The notes beneath the pieces were generated by a model. That model ran no database searches. It was given only the letters and a program-made list of their open reading frames with translations, and was not told where the DNA came from. Of a stretch of 52,043 nt of DNA, positions 24,905 through 34,228 are shown in pieces. The stretch's first letter is position 1. Every line of letters starts with the position of its first letter. The translations under genes were made by a program, and so were the position numbers. This stretch comes from Spirochaetota bacterium (GTDB taxonomy: Bacteria; Spirochaetota; Spirochaetia; Treponematales; Rectinemataceae), in assembly GCA_008080685.1 (NCBI GenBank), contig VKGY01000014.1, forward strand, positions 1-52,043, in the 5' to 3' direction.

Positions 24905-25893
24905 GACTCACCCGCCCTATGGCATGCCACCCTGTGGCCTTCCTCGAAATCGCCCAAACTCGGATTTTCCCGGGAACAACGCTCTATGGCCAAGGGACAG
25001 CGGGGATGGAAGGCGCAGCCTTCGGGAGTCTTGTCCGCATCCGGCACGCGCCCGGGGATGGTCGCCAGCCGCACGCCCCTCCGCTGGGCCGAGGGGATGG
25101 ACAGCATCAAGAGCTTGGTGTAGGGGTGGAGGGGATTTTCAAAGAGTTTTCCCTTGGTCGAAGTCTCCACGATCCTGCCGGCGTAGATCACCGACACGCG
25201 GTCCGCCACTTCCTTCACCACGCCCAGGTCGTGGGATATGAAAAGAACCGCCATGCCGAGGATATCCTTCAGCTTTTTTATCAATCTGAGGATTTGCAGC
25301 TGAAGGGTTACGTCCAATGCGGTGGTGGGTTCGTCGGCGATAAGGAATCCAGGGTCACAGGAGATGGCGATGGCTATCATGGCCCTCTGCTTCATGCCTC
25401 CGGAAAGCTCGTGGGGGTAGGAATCCAAGACCCTGCCGTCCTTACCCAGCCCCACCAAATCCAAAAGATGGACCGCCCTTTCCCGGGCCGCCTTCTTATC
25501 CAAGCCCAAATGCAGGATGAGCATTTCAGTGATCTGATCCCCAATCTTGAAGGCCGGATTGAGGTATTTCCCCGGCTCCTGGAACACCATGGCGATCTTC
25601 CGGCCGCGGTAGAGTCGCTTCTCCGGCTCCGGCAGGGGCACCATGTCCACGCCGTCGTAGACGATCTTGCCCGAAGTGATCTCTCCGGGCGGCGATTGCA
25701 ATAGACCCATGATGCAGGTGGAGGTCACGGTTTTCCCCGACCCCGACTCGCCCACCAAGCCGTGGATCTCTTCCTTAAAAAACTCAAGGTCGATGCCTCG
25801 GAGGGCATGGGCTTGCATAGCCCCGTGGGTAAAGCATACCCCCAGGTTTTCCACCGCCAGAAGCGGGGCTTTAACGGAACTTTTTGCTTCCAT
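24892..25893 (-). CDS. ABC ATPase, OppD/DppD type
   Basis: Walker A GESGSGKTV, signature LSGGMKQRAMIAIAI, Walker B LIADEPTTALD. Confidence 0.85.
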   Translation of the reverse strand: MEAKSSVKAPLLAVENLGVCFTHGAMQAHALRGIDLEFFKEEIHGLVGESGSGKTVTSTCIMGLLQSPPGEITSGKIVYDGVDMVPLPEPEKRLYRGRKIAMVFQEPGKYLNPAFKIGDQITEMLILHLGLDKKAARERAVHLLDLVGLGKDGRVLDSYPHELSGGMKQRAMIAIAISCDPGFLIADEPTTALDVTLQLQILRLIKKLKDILGMAVLFISHDLGVVKEVADRVSVIYAGRIVETSTKGKLFENPLHPYTKLLMLSIPSAQRRGVRLATIPGRVPDADKTPEGCAFHPRCPLAIERCSRENPSLGDFEEGHRVACHRAGESWIN

Positions 25894-26820
25894 CTATTCG
25901 ACCCTTATCTTCGGATTTACGATGCTGTAGAGGATGTCCGCCAGGAAATTCACCAGGGAGAATACGATGGCCACGAAAATGACTCCCCCTTGGATGAGGG
26001 GAAAATCCCTCTGGTAAATTCCGTAGAGAAAGAGCCGACCCAGTCCCGGAAGGGAAAAAACCTGCTCTATGATGATGGCGCCGCCCAGCATGTAGCCGAA
26101 CTCGATACCCGTGATGGTGATGATGGGAAGGAGGGCGTTCTTGAGGGCGTGCTTGTATTTGACCATCCGCTCCGTAAGGCCCTTTGCCCGGGCGGTGATG
26201 ATGTATTCCTTGGAAAGCTCCTCCACCATCGAAGCTCGGGTAAGCCGCAGGATTACCGCCGCCCTGGCGAATCCCAGGGATATGGCAGGCAGCACCAGGT
26301 GGGCAGCCGAATCGGCACCGAAGAGGGGGAATATCGGGAACCTCACTGCCAGGATCAGCAAGAGGAGGATTCCAAGCCAAAAACTTGGAATCGCCATGCC
26401 GAGCTGGGAAAACACCAAGCCGAAATAATCCCAGGCGGACCAGCGCTTTACCGCGGAAATCACGCCCAAGGGGACAGCCACGACTATGCCTATCGCAATG
26501 CCCAGCACGGCAAGGAGGAGGGTCAGGGGGAAGCGTTCCAGGATGAGGGTGAGGACAGGCTCCTCGGAAATTAAGGTGGTGCCAAAATCGAGGTGGACGA
26601 TATCCCAGAGCCAATCGAAGTATTGGATCACCAGGGAGCGGTCAGTTCCCAGCCTGGCCCTTATAGCCATGATGTCCTCGGGGCTGGCGTCCATCCCGGC
26701 TATGATCATCGCCGGATCGCCGGGAATGACTCGAACTACAAAGAAGACCAATGTGGAGATGATGAACACGGTCAGCAGCAGCCGGCAGAATCGCCTGGCT
26801 ATGAATCTCAGGACATCCAT
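25894..26820 (-). CDS. ABC permease, DppB/OppB type
   Basis: The N-terminus MDVLRFIARRFCRLLLTVFIISTLVFFVVRVIPGDPA is typical of DppB/OppB. Six TM segments. Confidence 0.85.
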   Translation of the reverse strand: MDVLRFIARRFCRLLLTVFIISTLVFFVVRVIPGDPAMIIAGMDASPEDIMAIRARLGTDRSLVIQYFDWLWDIVHLDFGTTLISEEPVLTLILERFPLTLLLAVLGIAIGIVVAVPLGVISAVKRWSAWDYFGLVFSQLGMAIPSFWLGILLLLILAVRFPIFPLFGADSAAHLVLPAISLGFARAAVILRLTRASMVEELSKEYIITARAKGLTERMVKYKHALKNALLPIITITGIEFGYMLGGAIIIEQVFSLPGLGRLFLYGIYQRDFPLIQGGVIFVAIVFSLVNFLADILYSIVNPKIRVE

Positions 26821-27620
26821 TGAAAGCTCCCTAGGCCGAGGGTCATATAGGTACTCGCCAGGCGGGCATCTCCCCCGAAGGCCTGGGTGGCTTGGGAAAG
26901 AAGGTCTGCGTGCACCCCGAAATGAGGCAGGTGCGTCGCCACCAGGGTTGAGATGCCCGCCCGCTTTGCCGTCTCACCGACCTCTCCGGCGCTCATGTGG
27001 CCGAAGATCTTTCCCCGATACGCATCGTAAAGGCTCGTCTCGCACAGAAGGATCTGGGCGCCCCGGGAAAACTCCACCAGGGTTTCGCTGGCCCCAGTAT
27101 CCCCGGAGTAAACCAGGGCTTTGGAATCCACGGTGCTATGGCCGGGTAGCCGCACGCCGATGGCATAGGAAGGATCGGGATGGACCATGGGGGCGAACTC
27201 AAAGGAAAACGGCCCGATTTCTATTTTGCAGGAGGCGTCGTATCCCTCGCCCTTCGCATATTCAAGATAGCTCAATTTATGGAATCCCGCAGATTCCTTG
27301 TGGCCGTACACCGCGAGGGGTTTCTTTCTGCGCCCTAGATCCATGTCGATCCGTGCGGCGTACTGAAGGCAGCCCAGGTCGGCGACATGGTCCGAATGGT
27401 AATGGGAAAGGATGACCGCGTCGATCTCATGAAGGGGCAGGATTCTTTGTAGCAGGGCCAGGGCCCCTGACCCGCAGTCCATGAGGACGGCGGAGCCCTC
27501 GGCCCGGAGGAGGTAGCATGATGTCGCCTCGCCCGGCCCCGGGTAAGCCCCCCAATGTCCGATCACCGTGAGGGAAGCGGGGTGTCCAGCATTGGCGTTG
27601 GCATGCGTCTTGTCGGTCAT
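26808..27620 (-). CDS. MBL-fold metallo-hydrolase
   Basis: It has the HxHxDH motif (LSHYHSDHVADLG) and a downstream His/Asp pattern. The start is set at ATG 27620 (MTDKTHANA...), which overlaps the HAD stop as ATGA. The longer track ORF to 27800 would overlap the HAD gene by 180 nt. Confidence 0.75.
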   Translation of the reverse strand: MTDKTHANANAGHPASLTVIGHWGAYPGPGEATSCYLLRAEGSAVLMDCGSGALALLQRILPLHEIDAVILSHYHSDHVADLGCLQYAARIDMDLGRRKKPLAVYGHKESAGFHKLSYLEYAKGEGYDASCKIEIGPFSFEFAPMVHPDPSYAIGVRLPGHSTVDSKALVYSGDTGASETLVEFSRGAQILLCETSLYDAYRGKIFGHMSAGEVGETAKRAGISTLVATHLPHFGVHADLLSQATQAFGGDARLASTYMTLGLGSFQWMS

Positions 27621-28333
27621 GCGGGACTCCCTCCTCTCTTGGCCAAGATCCCAGGGATCTCGGCTATGTCGCGGATTATCGTCATGCCTTTCAATTCTTC
27701 CACACCGAAGGTCCCAAACCGGTTGATGATAAGCGACTCCATGCCCACGGACGAAGCGCCGACCGCGTCGTCGTAATAATTGTCCCCTACATAGAGGCAT
27801 TGGAAAGCCGAGGTCTTGGCCGCGTCCAGGGCGATTTGAAAAATCCCTTTATCCGGCTTGGAAACGCCGACTTCGCAAGAAATGACAATATGTTCGAAAA
27901 ATCCTGCCAGACCGCAGCGCCGCAGGATAGGCTTTGCGCTGGGGTCCCAATTGGATATGACGCCCAGCTTCAACCCCAAGGCCTTGAGCGTTTCAAGGGT
28001 GGACGGGACGAAGGGATAGGCCTTCCATTCCATGTCCGGCTCGGCCCAGGCCTTGTCCCAGAGGCGCAGCAATCCACCTTTCTCGCAGTCCACGCCTAGG
28101 TGCGAACAGAGCTTTTCCATATAGCCGGGCATAAAATCCTCCGCCTGGCCTCCGAGCACCCCTGGGAAATCCCGCATATAGAGTTTGTCAACAAAATGGA
28201 ACCCTCGATCCACAGCCTCAATGGAAACGTCGAAGCCGAGGGAGGCGAGGGTTTTGGCGAACTTAGCTTCCCTTTCCCTATAAAGCAGAGTGTAGCCGAG
28301 ATCGAACCATATATATTCGAAAGGCACGCACAC
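27617..28333 (-). CDS. HAD-superfamily hydrolase (putative phosphatase)
   Basis: Motif I-like WFDLGYTL, KLGVISNW and motif IV YVGDNYYDD. It is the first gene of the minus-strand operon. Confidence 0.65.
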   Translation of the reverse strand: MCVPFEYIWFDLGYTLLYREREAKFAKTLASLGFDVSIEAVDRGFHFVDKLYMRDFPGVLGGQAEDFMPGYMEKLCSHLGVDCEKGGLLRLWDKAWAEPDMEWKAYPFVPSTLETLKALGLKLGVISNWDPSAKPILRRCGLAGFFEHIVISCEVGVSKPDKGIFQIALDAAKTSAFQCLYVGDNYYDDAVGASSVGMESLIINRFGTFGVEELKGMTIIRDIAEIPGILAKRGGSPA

Positions 28334-28412
28334 CTCCAGTTCTGATGATGATATTGGTATGCTGAGGAGGATGCCCGCCTTGGCGCGCTATCAAAACCTC
28401 TCCTGGATTTTC

Positions 28413-28440
28413 ACTTTACACTGTTTCAAGGTGAAGTCAA
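28413..28440 (-). promoter_or_regulatory. Candidate promoter of the HAD-MBL-ABC-phosphoesterase operon (TTGACT-N16-TGTAAAGT)
   Basis: On the minus strand, TTGACT lies at 28440-28435, followed by a 16-nt spacer and then TAAAGT at 28418-28413 preceded by TG (extended -10). This is about 80 nt upstream of ATG 28333. Confidence 0.35.
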
Positions 28441-28469
28441 TGCGATCCTTATGAGATTGTCGAGAATGT

Positions 28470-29576
28470 TTATTTAGCGAATGCACTGGGGAATTTGTCC
28501 TTGTAGCTCAGGACCGTGCCGATCGACTCGGCGTTGAGCATAGCGTGGACTATGGCCCGCGCCAAGGCGTCTGCCGCGGCGCTTCCCAATTTATTGACGT
28601 TAGCCGATGTATTGCCCCACACGGCTTGCTGCTTGAGGGTATCCAGGTCTAAGAGGCCGGTGCCCAACACGAATATCGTGTCGCCATCGAACATGGTGTG
28701 GGCGGGGCGGATAGCCCTGGCCATTCCGTCATGTGCCATTTCCGCGATTTTCTGCGCCTGGGCCTTGGTTAGTTTCACGTTCGTGGCGATACACGCGATG
28801 GTTGTGTTCTTCACCGGTTCCATATCTTCAAGCGAGGCCACGGAGAAGCCGCCGTTCAAGGCCGCCACAGGCTTGCCAAGGTTGCCGAACTCGCCGTTCA
28901 CTTCCAGGTACCGGGCGTAAAACTCTCCCGTGGCGGGATTCACCGTTGAGCCTCCGGCGTTGACCGCGACTATAGCGCCCACGAAAACCCCGTCTCCCAG
29001 ATTGACGCTGGCCGTTCCCAAGACTCCCTTCATGCCGCCGGCCACCGCCCCGGCTCCTGCGCCGACATTGCCCATCTTTACCGGCCCCGCGCTTGCCGCC
29101 TCGCATGCCTGATAGCCAAAGGCCGTGTCCGGCCTGTAGGTGAAGGCCCTGCCGAATCTTCCCGGATCGAAAAGCACCGCCGCGGGCACGATAGGCACTA
29201 CGTTGCCGCCGCCCACTGGCCAGCCTCGCTTGTGCTCCTCAAGCCACATCATGACCCCGTGGGCTGCCGCTAGGCCGTAGGCGCTTCCGCCGGTGAGCAC
29301 CACCGCATCAACCTTGTCCACCATATTGGTCGGTCTAAGAAGATCGGTCTCCCGGCTTCCCGGCGCCGATCCCCGCACGTCCACGCCACCCACGGCTCCC
29401 TTTGGAGCGAGTATCACCGTCGTGCCGGTGTTTTGGCTCTGATATTGTCCAACCTCGATGCCGGGAACATCGGTGATCGCGTTGAGCGGTCCGGTCAATA
29501 CGACTCCTTGGGCTCCAAGGCCGGCAATACCTAAGGCCGCGACACAGGCGGCCACGGCGAAGAACTTTCTTCTCAT
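28470..29576 (-). CDS. P1-family peptidase (DmpA / S58 L-aminopeptidase-like), secreted
   Basis: Signal peptide MRRKFFAVAACVAALGIAGLGAQG. Motifs: NAITDVPGIEVGQ, GTTVILAP, GGVDVRGSAPGSRETDLL and VDAVVLTGGSAYGLAAA. The start is ATG 29576, preceded by AAGGAGGAG. The track start at 29594 lies inside that RBS. Confidence 0.7.
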   Translation of the reverse strand: MRRKFFAVAACVAALGIAGLGAQGVVLTGPLNAITDVPGIEVGQYQSQNTGTTVILAPKGAVGGVDVRGSAPGSRETDLLRPTNMVDKVDAVVLTGGSAYGLAAAHGVMMWLEEHKRGWPVGGGNVVPIVPAAVLFDPGRFGRAFTYRPDTAFGYQACEAASAGPVKMGNVGAGAGAVAGGMKGVLGTASVNLGDGVFVGAIVAVNAGGSTVNPATGEFYARYLEVNGEFGNLGKPVAALNGGFSVASLEDMEPVKNTTIACIATNVKLTKAQAQKIAEMAHDGMARAIRPAHTMFDGDTIFVLGTGLLDLDTLKQQAVWGNTSANVNKLGSAAADALARAIVHAMLNAESIGTVLSYKDKFPSAFAK

Positions 29577-29708
29577 ACGCTCCTCCTTTCCCACAATGAT
29601 GTAGACGGAAAATATTCCGTTCCGCTAAAAGTCTGGAACTACCCCCGGAAGAAGTCAACCCAAGTCCGCCCCGCAGGGGCGAAAATTGAAGGCAAATTCA
29701 TTTTTTAT

Positions 29709-30704
29709 TCAACGTGCAATTCCAAGGGCCGAGGGCTCCCCCGCGATCTCCAGGCCGGCGAGGGGGGATGCGGTTTCATGCGCAGGCTCTCCTTGAATCG
29801 ATAAGCGCACTCGCAGCGTGGCGTCCACTGCCTCGGATATCCTCCGGGAAAGGAGTCCCGACACCGGGGCGCGCAAGATTCCTCCCCTGGTCCTCGTGGC
29901 TTCGATTTCAAGGAGGGCCGGCCGGCCGTTTCCGCCATATCCCCAAACCGCGCACTGCATTTTCGTATCGCTCAGCTTAAGTTCTTGGATGCGGGCTCGA
30001 TTGTAGGTTGTAAAGAGATATTTTCGCCCCCCAAGGACGGCGGCGCAGAGAAAGCCTCTGAACGAGGCGCCCATCCAAGGTATCTTCGCCACGGAAAGCA
30101 TCACCGAGTCGCCCGGGATGGAAAAGTCGTTCGACTGGGTCCAGATCCACGCCTCCGGCATGGACGTGCCCCAATCCTTCTCAATGTAGCCCCTCCCCGC
30201 ATGGAAGGCTTGGGTTTCACCCTCCGCACTTACCCAGCCATCGACCCTGTGGTCCATGCTCACCAAGCCGTGGTTGCATTCCATCCCCGGCGCGAAACTG
30301 AAAGGCCCCATGACCCCGGGGCTCCAAAAGGGAAAGCGGAAGGTTGAAAACCCGCCGTAGGCGAATTCGGCCTCGATGCGGGATTTTCCGTCAAAAAGAT
30401 CCACCCGCAGGCCCTGGGATGAAAACCTATTCTCCCCGACCCGTATCTCCAAGCCCCGTTCCGCGGCGAAGAATGCGTCCAGGGGATGCTGGAACCACCA
30501 GGACCGGCCTGTACGCCCCTGGATGGCTTGCACGAATGAGTAGCCTTCGCCATCTAGCCCGTAGGCGATGCCGGGGATGAAGGACCAAGCAGTAGATCCG
30601 GCGGATCCAGTAGATCCGGCGGTTTGCTTGAAATACCAGCCCTCGAAGTAGCTCCGCCTTTTGTTCTTTCCCTGAAAGGACTCGGGCGACCATAGGTTGC
30701 GCAT
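29709..30704 (-). CDS. Tocopherol-cyclase-like family protein (bacterial homologue of unknown function)
   Basis: The N-terminal RRSYFEGWYFKQ resembles the FEGWYF motif of the tocopherol cyclase family. 331 aa and soluble. Assigned by eye only. Confidence 0.45.
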   Translation of the reverse strand: MRNLWSPESFQGKNKRRSYFEGWYFKQTAGSTGSAGSTAWSFIPGIAYGLDGEGYSFVQAIQGRTGRSWWFQHPLDAFFAAERGLEIRVGENRFSSQGLRVDLFDGKSRIEAEFAYGGFSTFRFPFWSPGVMGPFSFAPGMECNHGLVSMDHRVDGWVSAEGETQAFHAGRGYIEKDWGTSMPEAWIWTQSNDFSIPGDSVMLSVAKIPWMGASFRGFLCAAVLGGRKYLFTTYNRARIQELKLSDTKMQCAVWGYGGNGRPALLEIEATRTRGGILRAPVSGLLSRRISEAVDATLRVRLSIQGEPAHETASPLAGLEIAGEPSALGIAR

Positions 30705-30791
30705 TCCTCATGGTCGCATGGGGCTGGCGCCGAGGCAACCCGTAGGCTCGTTTGCCGCCAGCCGCCCTTCCATTACTTTCATTCATGAAGT

Positions 30792-31982
30792 ATGCTGGAA
30801 CTGAAAATGGCAAGCAGTTCCAAACCCCTTCGCGTCTCGGATGTGAGGGAACGCAACGAAAAACTCGTCCTCAGGATCGTCCATTCCGCGGGCCTTTCCG
30901 GCATCTCCCAATCCGAGGTGGTGCAGGCCACGGGACTCAAGGCTCCCACCATTTTCCGGATCTTTTCTGCCCTGGAAGAAGCGGGGTACATCCAAGCCCT
31001 GGAGCGCGATTCCAACCCCCAGGAAGAGTCTGCCCGACAGGAACGCAAGGGCCGCAGGCCGGTTTCCTATGCGGTTCGGCAGGAAGCCTTCTATTGCGTA
31101 GGCATTGAATTTTGGGTTGAGCGCATTTCCATTGGAATTTTCGACTTCAGGGGAGCCTCGATCTACTCCCATACCTCATCCCTTTCCCGGACAGAAGATG
31201 CGGACCGAGTTTCAGACCTCATCGCAAGCCTGGTGAACCAGGCCATTGGGGATACCCAGGTTCCCCGAGATCGCATCCTTGGGGTGGGGATCGGAGCCCC
31301 CGGCCAGGTCAACGTGGGCAAACGCCTGGTAGCCTCCTATCCTAGGATTCCGGGCATGAAAAACTACCCCATTGCGGAGATTCTGGAGTCCAAGTTGGGG
31401 TTACCCGTATTGCTGCACAACAATTGCTCGGTCATCGCCCAGAGCGAGTTCCGATACGGCGGCCCTGAGGTCGAGGCTTCGATGTTCATGCTTCTTCTCC
31501 GCTCAGGAGTAAACGGCGCCTTCGTGGACTCGGGCAGGATGTTCCTGAGCCCCCGGGGTACCACCGTAGAGATGGGCCACATTTCTATAGACTACGACGG
31601 GCCCCTCTGCGTGTGCGGAGCCCGAGGCTGCCTGGAAGCCTTTATCACCTCCATGGACAGCGAAAACCTGCGCCGGGGCAACTGGCTCTTCGAAGGCCTC
31701 GATCCCTTCTCTCCATCCGCCGACCCCATCCTCACCGCCGCTGCGGCCTACATTTCCTCAGCCATCCAGACCGCCAGTCGGCTTTTCCGCCCCTCATCCT
31801 TCCTCATCGTCGCCTATTCCGACGAAATCGCCGCTGAGATCGCCCGACGAACCACCGAAAAACTCTCTCGAGAAACCTCGAGCTTCGACGAAACCAAACC
31901 GCTGATCCTCGGCCGAGCCTACAACCAGGGCCTTGCCCTGCGCGGCGCCGCCGACCTCGTCATCGACGCCTTCTTGTCCTGA
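30792..31982 (+). CDS. ROK-family transcriptional regulator
   Basis: An N-terminal wHTH (ISQSEVVQATGLKAPTIFRIFSALEEAGYI) precedes a ROK sugar-kinase-like body (GIGAPGQV) with the zinc motif GHISIDYDGPLCVCGARGCLE. The start may instead be ATG 30807. Confidence 0.8.
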   Translation: MLELKMASSSKPLRVSDVRERNEKLVLRIVHSAGLSGISQSEVVQATGLKAPTIFRIFSALEEAGYIQALERDSNPQEESARQERKGRRPVSYAVRQEAFYCVGIEFWVERISIGIFDFRGASIYSHTSSLSRTEDADRVSDLIASLVNQAIGDTQVPRDRILGVGIGAPGQVNVGKRLVASYPRIPGMKNYPIAEILESKLGLPVLLHNNCSVIAQSEFRYGGPEVEASMFMLLLRSGVNGAFVDSGRMFLSPRGTTVEMGHISIDYDGPLCVCGARGCLEAFITSMDSENLRRGNWLFEGLDPFSPSADPILTAAAAYISSAIQTASRLFRPSSFLIVAYSDEIAAEIARRTTEKLSRETSSFDETKPLILGRAYNQGLALRGAADLVIDAFLS

Positions 31983-32023
31983 TCAACTTTAGGGGTCAGA
32001 CCCCAAACATTGACTATTGTTTG

Positions 32024-32076
32024 ACAGGATAACAATGATTTTCAGGATCCACAGGGAAATCCTGTAGATCCTGTCG
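32024..32076 (+). repeat. Dispersed intergenic repeat, copy 4 (longest; contains a 13-bp-stem hairpin)
   Basis: The sequence is GACAGGATAACAATGATTTTCAGGATCCACAGGGAAATCCTGTAGATCCTGTC. CAGGATCCACAGG pairs with CCTGTAGATCCTG (one mismatch) around a GAAAT loop. Confidence 0.7.
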
Positions 32077-32182
32077 CCTCCCCTCCTCCATCGCATTACG
32101 CCGCACCTGCCGCAAATACCAGTTGACGAATCTCGATTTTTGATACTTACTTACAATAAGAAAATAATAGGGAGCGTAGGAT

Positions 32183-33362
32183 ATGAAACAACGCGTTCGC
32201 CTCGGCCTGGTCTGCCTGGCCAGGGAAACCTTCGATTACAAAGCCGCAGTGGAACTCTACGCCGGCATAATGAAGGACGTCGCCGCACTCGAAGCGGTGG
32301 ACTGGATCGCCATACCCAACCTAGTCATCTCCGTCGAGGATGCCAAGGCCGCAGCAGACGTCCTAGCATCCGCCAGGATAGACGGCCTAGTCTGCATTTC
32401 CGGCACCTTCCACCTGGGCCACCTGGTCCTCGAACTAAGAAAAGCTGCCCCCGCACCCATCCTCCTCTGGGGCCTGGACGAGCTTCCCTACAACGGCGGG
32501 AAAATCCGCCTCAACTCGGTCTGCGGCGTCAATCTCAACGCCTCCAACCTCTACAAGGCGGGAATCGACCAATACCGAGCCATCATAGGGCCAAAGATCG
32601 ACGAAACCTGGGTGGACGCCATAAGAGTCATCGTGGCGCTCCGAGACTCCCACGTAGGCCTGCTGGGATACCGCGCCCATGGCTTCTTCAACCTCTCTGT
32701 GGACGACCCCACCCTCTACGCCGCCACCGGAATCCTCGTGGACCACTACGAACTCTCGGACGTCCACAATTTCAAAGTCGAGGCCAGCGAAGTCGCCCGA
32801 AGAAAGGCCCAGCTCGGCCAGATCTTCGAGCTTTCCGGCGTGACCCAAGCCCAGGTGGACCGAGTCGCCGAGCTTTCCGCCAAGTTCGAAGGCTTCCTCT
32901 CGGCCAACAAGCTGGACGCCCTGGCCATCCGCTGCTGGCCTGAGTTCGCCCGGGACTTCGGCATCTCCCCCTGCGCCGCCATGTCCCTCCTCCAATCCGA
33001 AGGCAGAATCCTCGCCTGCGAAGGCGATGTGGAAGGCGCCATCTCCATGCTCGCCCACAAGGCCATCGGCGCGGAAACGCCCTATCTTTTCGACTTCTCC
33101 CAGGTCGACCTGGCCAACAACTTCGCCCTCTTCTGGCACTGCGGCGTGGCACCCTGCAACCTCTGGGACGGCTGCTCCGTCCGCTCCCTGGATACCTATT
33201 TCGCCGGTGGCAAAGGCGTTACGGCGGATTTCGTGCTCAAGTCAGGTCCTCGACCTCGTGGTGAACAACGGCGTCGCCCACCATGCCTCCGTGGTCTACG
33301 GAGACTTCATCCAGCCCCTAAGGCTCGCGGCCTCCATCCTCGGATGGGAAGTGATCGAGTGA
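32183..33362 (+). pseudogene. L-fucose/L-arabinose-isomerase-family protein with an internal deletion and frameshift
   Basis: The N-terminal ~350 aa resemble the FucI/AraA-like family (GLVCISGTFHLG, ILACEGDVEGAISML, FWHCG). The frame is lost near 33240-33246 (...GVTADFVLKSG). The family-like C-terminus QVLDLVVNNGVAHHASVVYGDFIQPLRLAASILGWEVIE continues in the frame of ORF 33027-33362 and ends 4 nt before the next gene. About 60-70 aa appear to be missing relative to typical family length (estimate from memory). Confidence 0.55.
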
Positions 33363-33366
33363 AACC

Positions 33367-34215
33367 ATGATCGATAAAACCGAACTCGCCCTCCTCGCTG
33401 AGGCGGCGAAGGAAATCAGAAAGAAAACCCTGGACATGATTGGCTTCCTGGGCGTGGGCCACATAGGCGGAGCCCTCTCCATCGCCGATCTTTTGGCAGT
33501 CCTGTACTTCCGGGAAATGAGAACAGATCCGGCCAATCCCCGCTGGGAAGGCCGGGACCGCCTCGTCCTCTCAAAAGGCCACGCGGGGCCGGCCCTCTAC
33601 AGCGCCCTGGCCATGAAAGGCTTTTTCCCCGAGGAGTGGCTCCATACTCTCAACCTGGGCGGATCCAACCTACCCAGCCACTGCGACAGGAATAAAACCC
33701 CGGGCATCGACATGACCACCGGCTCCCTGGGCCAGGGGATATCCGCAGCTTGCGGCATAGCCTTGGCCAATCGCATCGACCGGAGGGACGTCTTCACCTT
33801 CGCCATCGTGGGGGACGGGGAAACCAACGAAGGCCAGGTTTGGGAGGCGGCCATGTTCGCCGCCCACGCAGGCCTGGGCAAGCTCATCGCCTTCACGGAC
33901 AACAACAAGATGCAGATCGACGGCCTGACGGCCGATGTGTCGGGCATCGAATGCCTAGAGGCCAAGTGGTCGGCCTTCGGATGGGAAACCTCGAGGATAG
34001 ACGGCCACGACATTGGCGCTATAGTCCAAGCCATAGAAAAGGCCAAGGTCGGAGCCGAAGCCGCTGATGCAGGCGCGAAGGCCAAGCCCACCATGATCAT
34101 CCTGGACACGGTCAAGGGAAAGGGCGCGGCCTTCTGCGAAGGCCAGGTGGCCAGCCACAACATGAATTTCGACTACGAGACCGCGAAGAAAGCCATCGCG
34201 GACTTGGACCGCTAG
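33367..34215 (+). CDS. Transketolase, N-terminal (TPP-binding) subunit; SqwG/H-like
   Basis: Motifs: GHIGGALSIADLLAVLYF, SKGHAGPALY, GSLGQGIS and GDGETNEGQVWEAAMFA. This is the split-transketolase arrangement, with the next gene supplying the second subunit. Confidence 0.85.
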   Translation: MIDKTELALLAEAAKEIRKKTLDMIGFLGVGHIGGALSIADLLAVLYFREMRTDPANPRWEGRDRLVLSKGHAGPALYSALAMKGFFPEEWLHTLNLGGSNLPSHCDRNKTPGIDMTTGSLGQGISAACGIALANRIDRRDVFTFAIVGDGETNEGQVWEAAMFAAHAGLGKLIAFTDNNKMQIDGLTADVSGIECLEAKWSAFGWETSRIDGHDIGAIVQAIEKAKVGAEAADAGAKAKPTMIILDTVKGKGAAFCEGQVASHNMNFDYETAKKAIADLDR

Positions 34216-34228
34216 GAAGGAGCGTAAG

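Noticed and set aside
29667-29681. Hairpin CGCCCC-GCA-GGGGCG between the tocopherol-cyclase-like and peptidase genes as an intrinsic terminator.
   Set aside because: There is no U-tract on the minus (coding) strand after the stem, and the stem is only 6 bp. This is insufficient to annotate.
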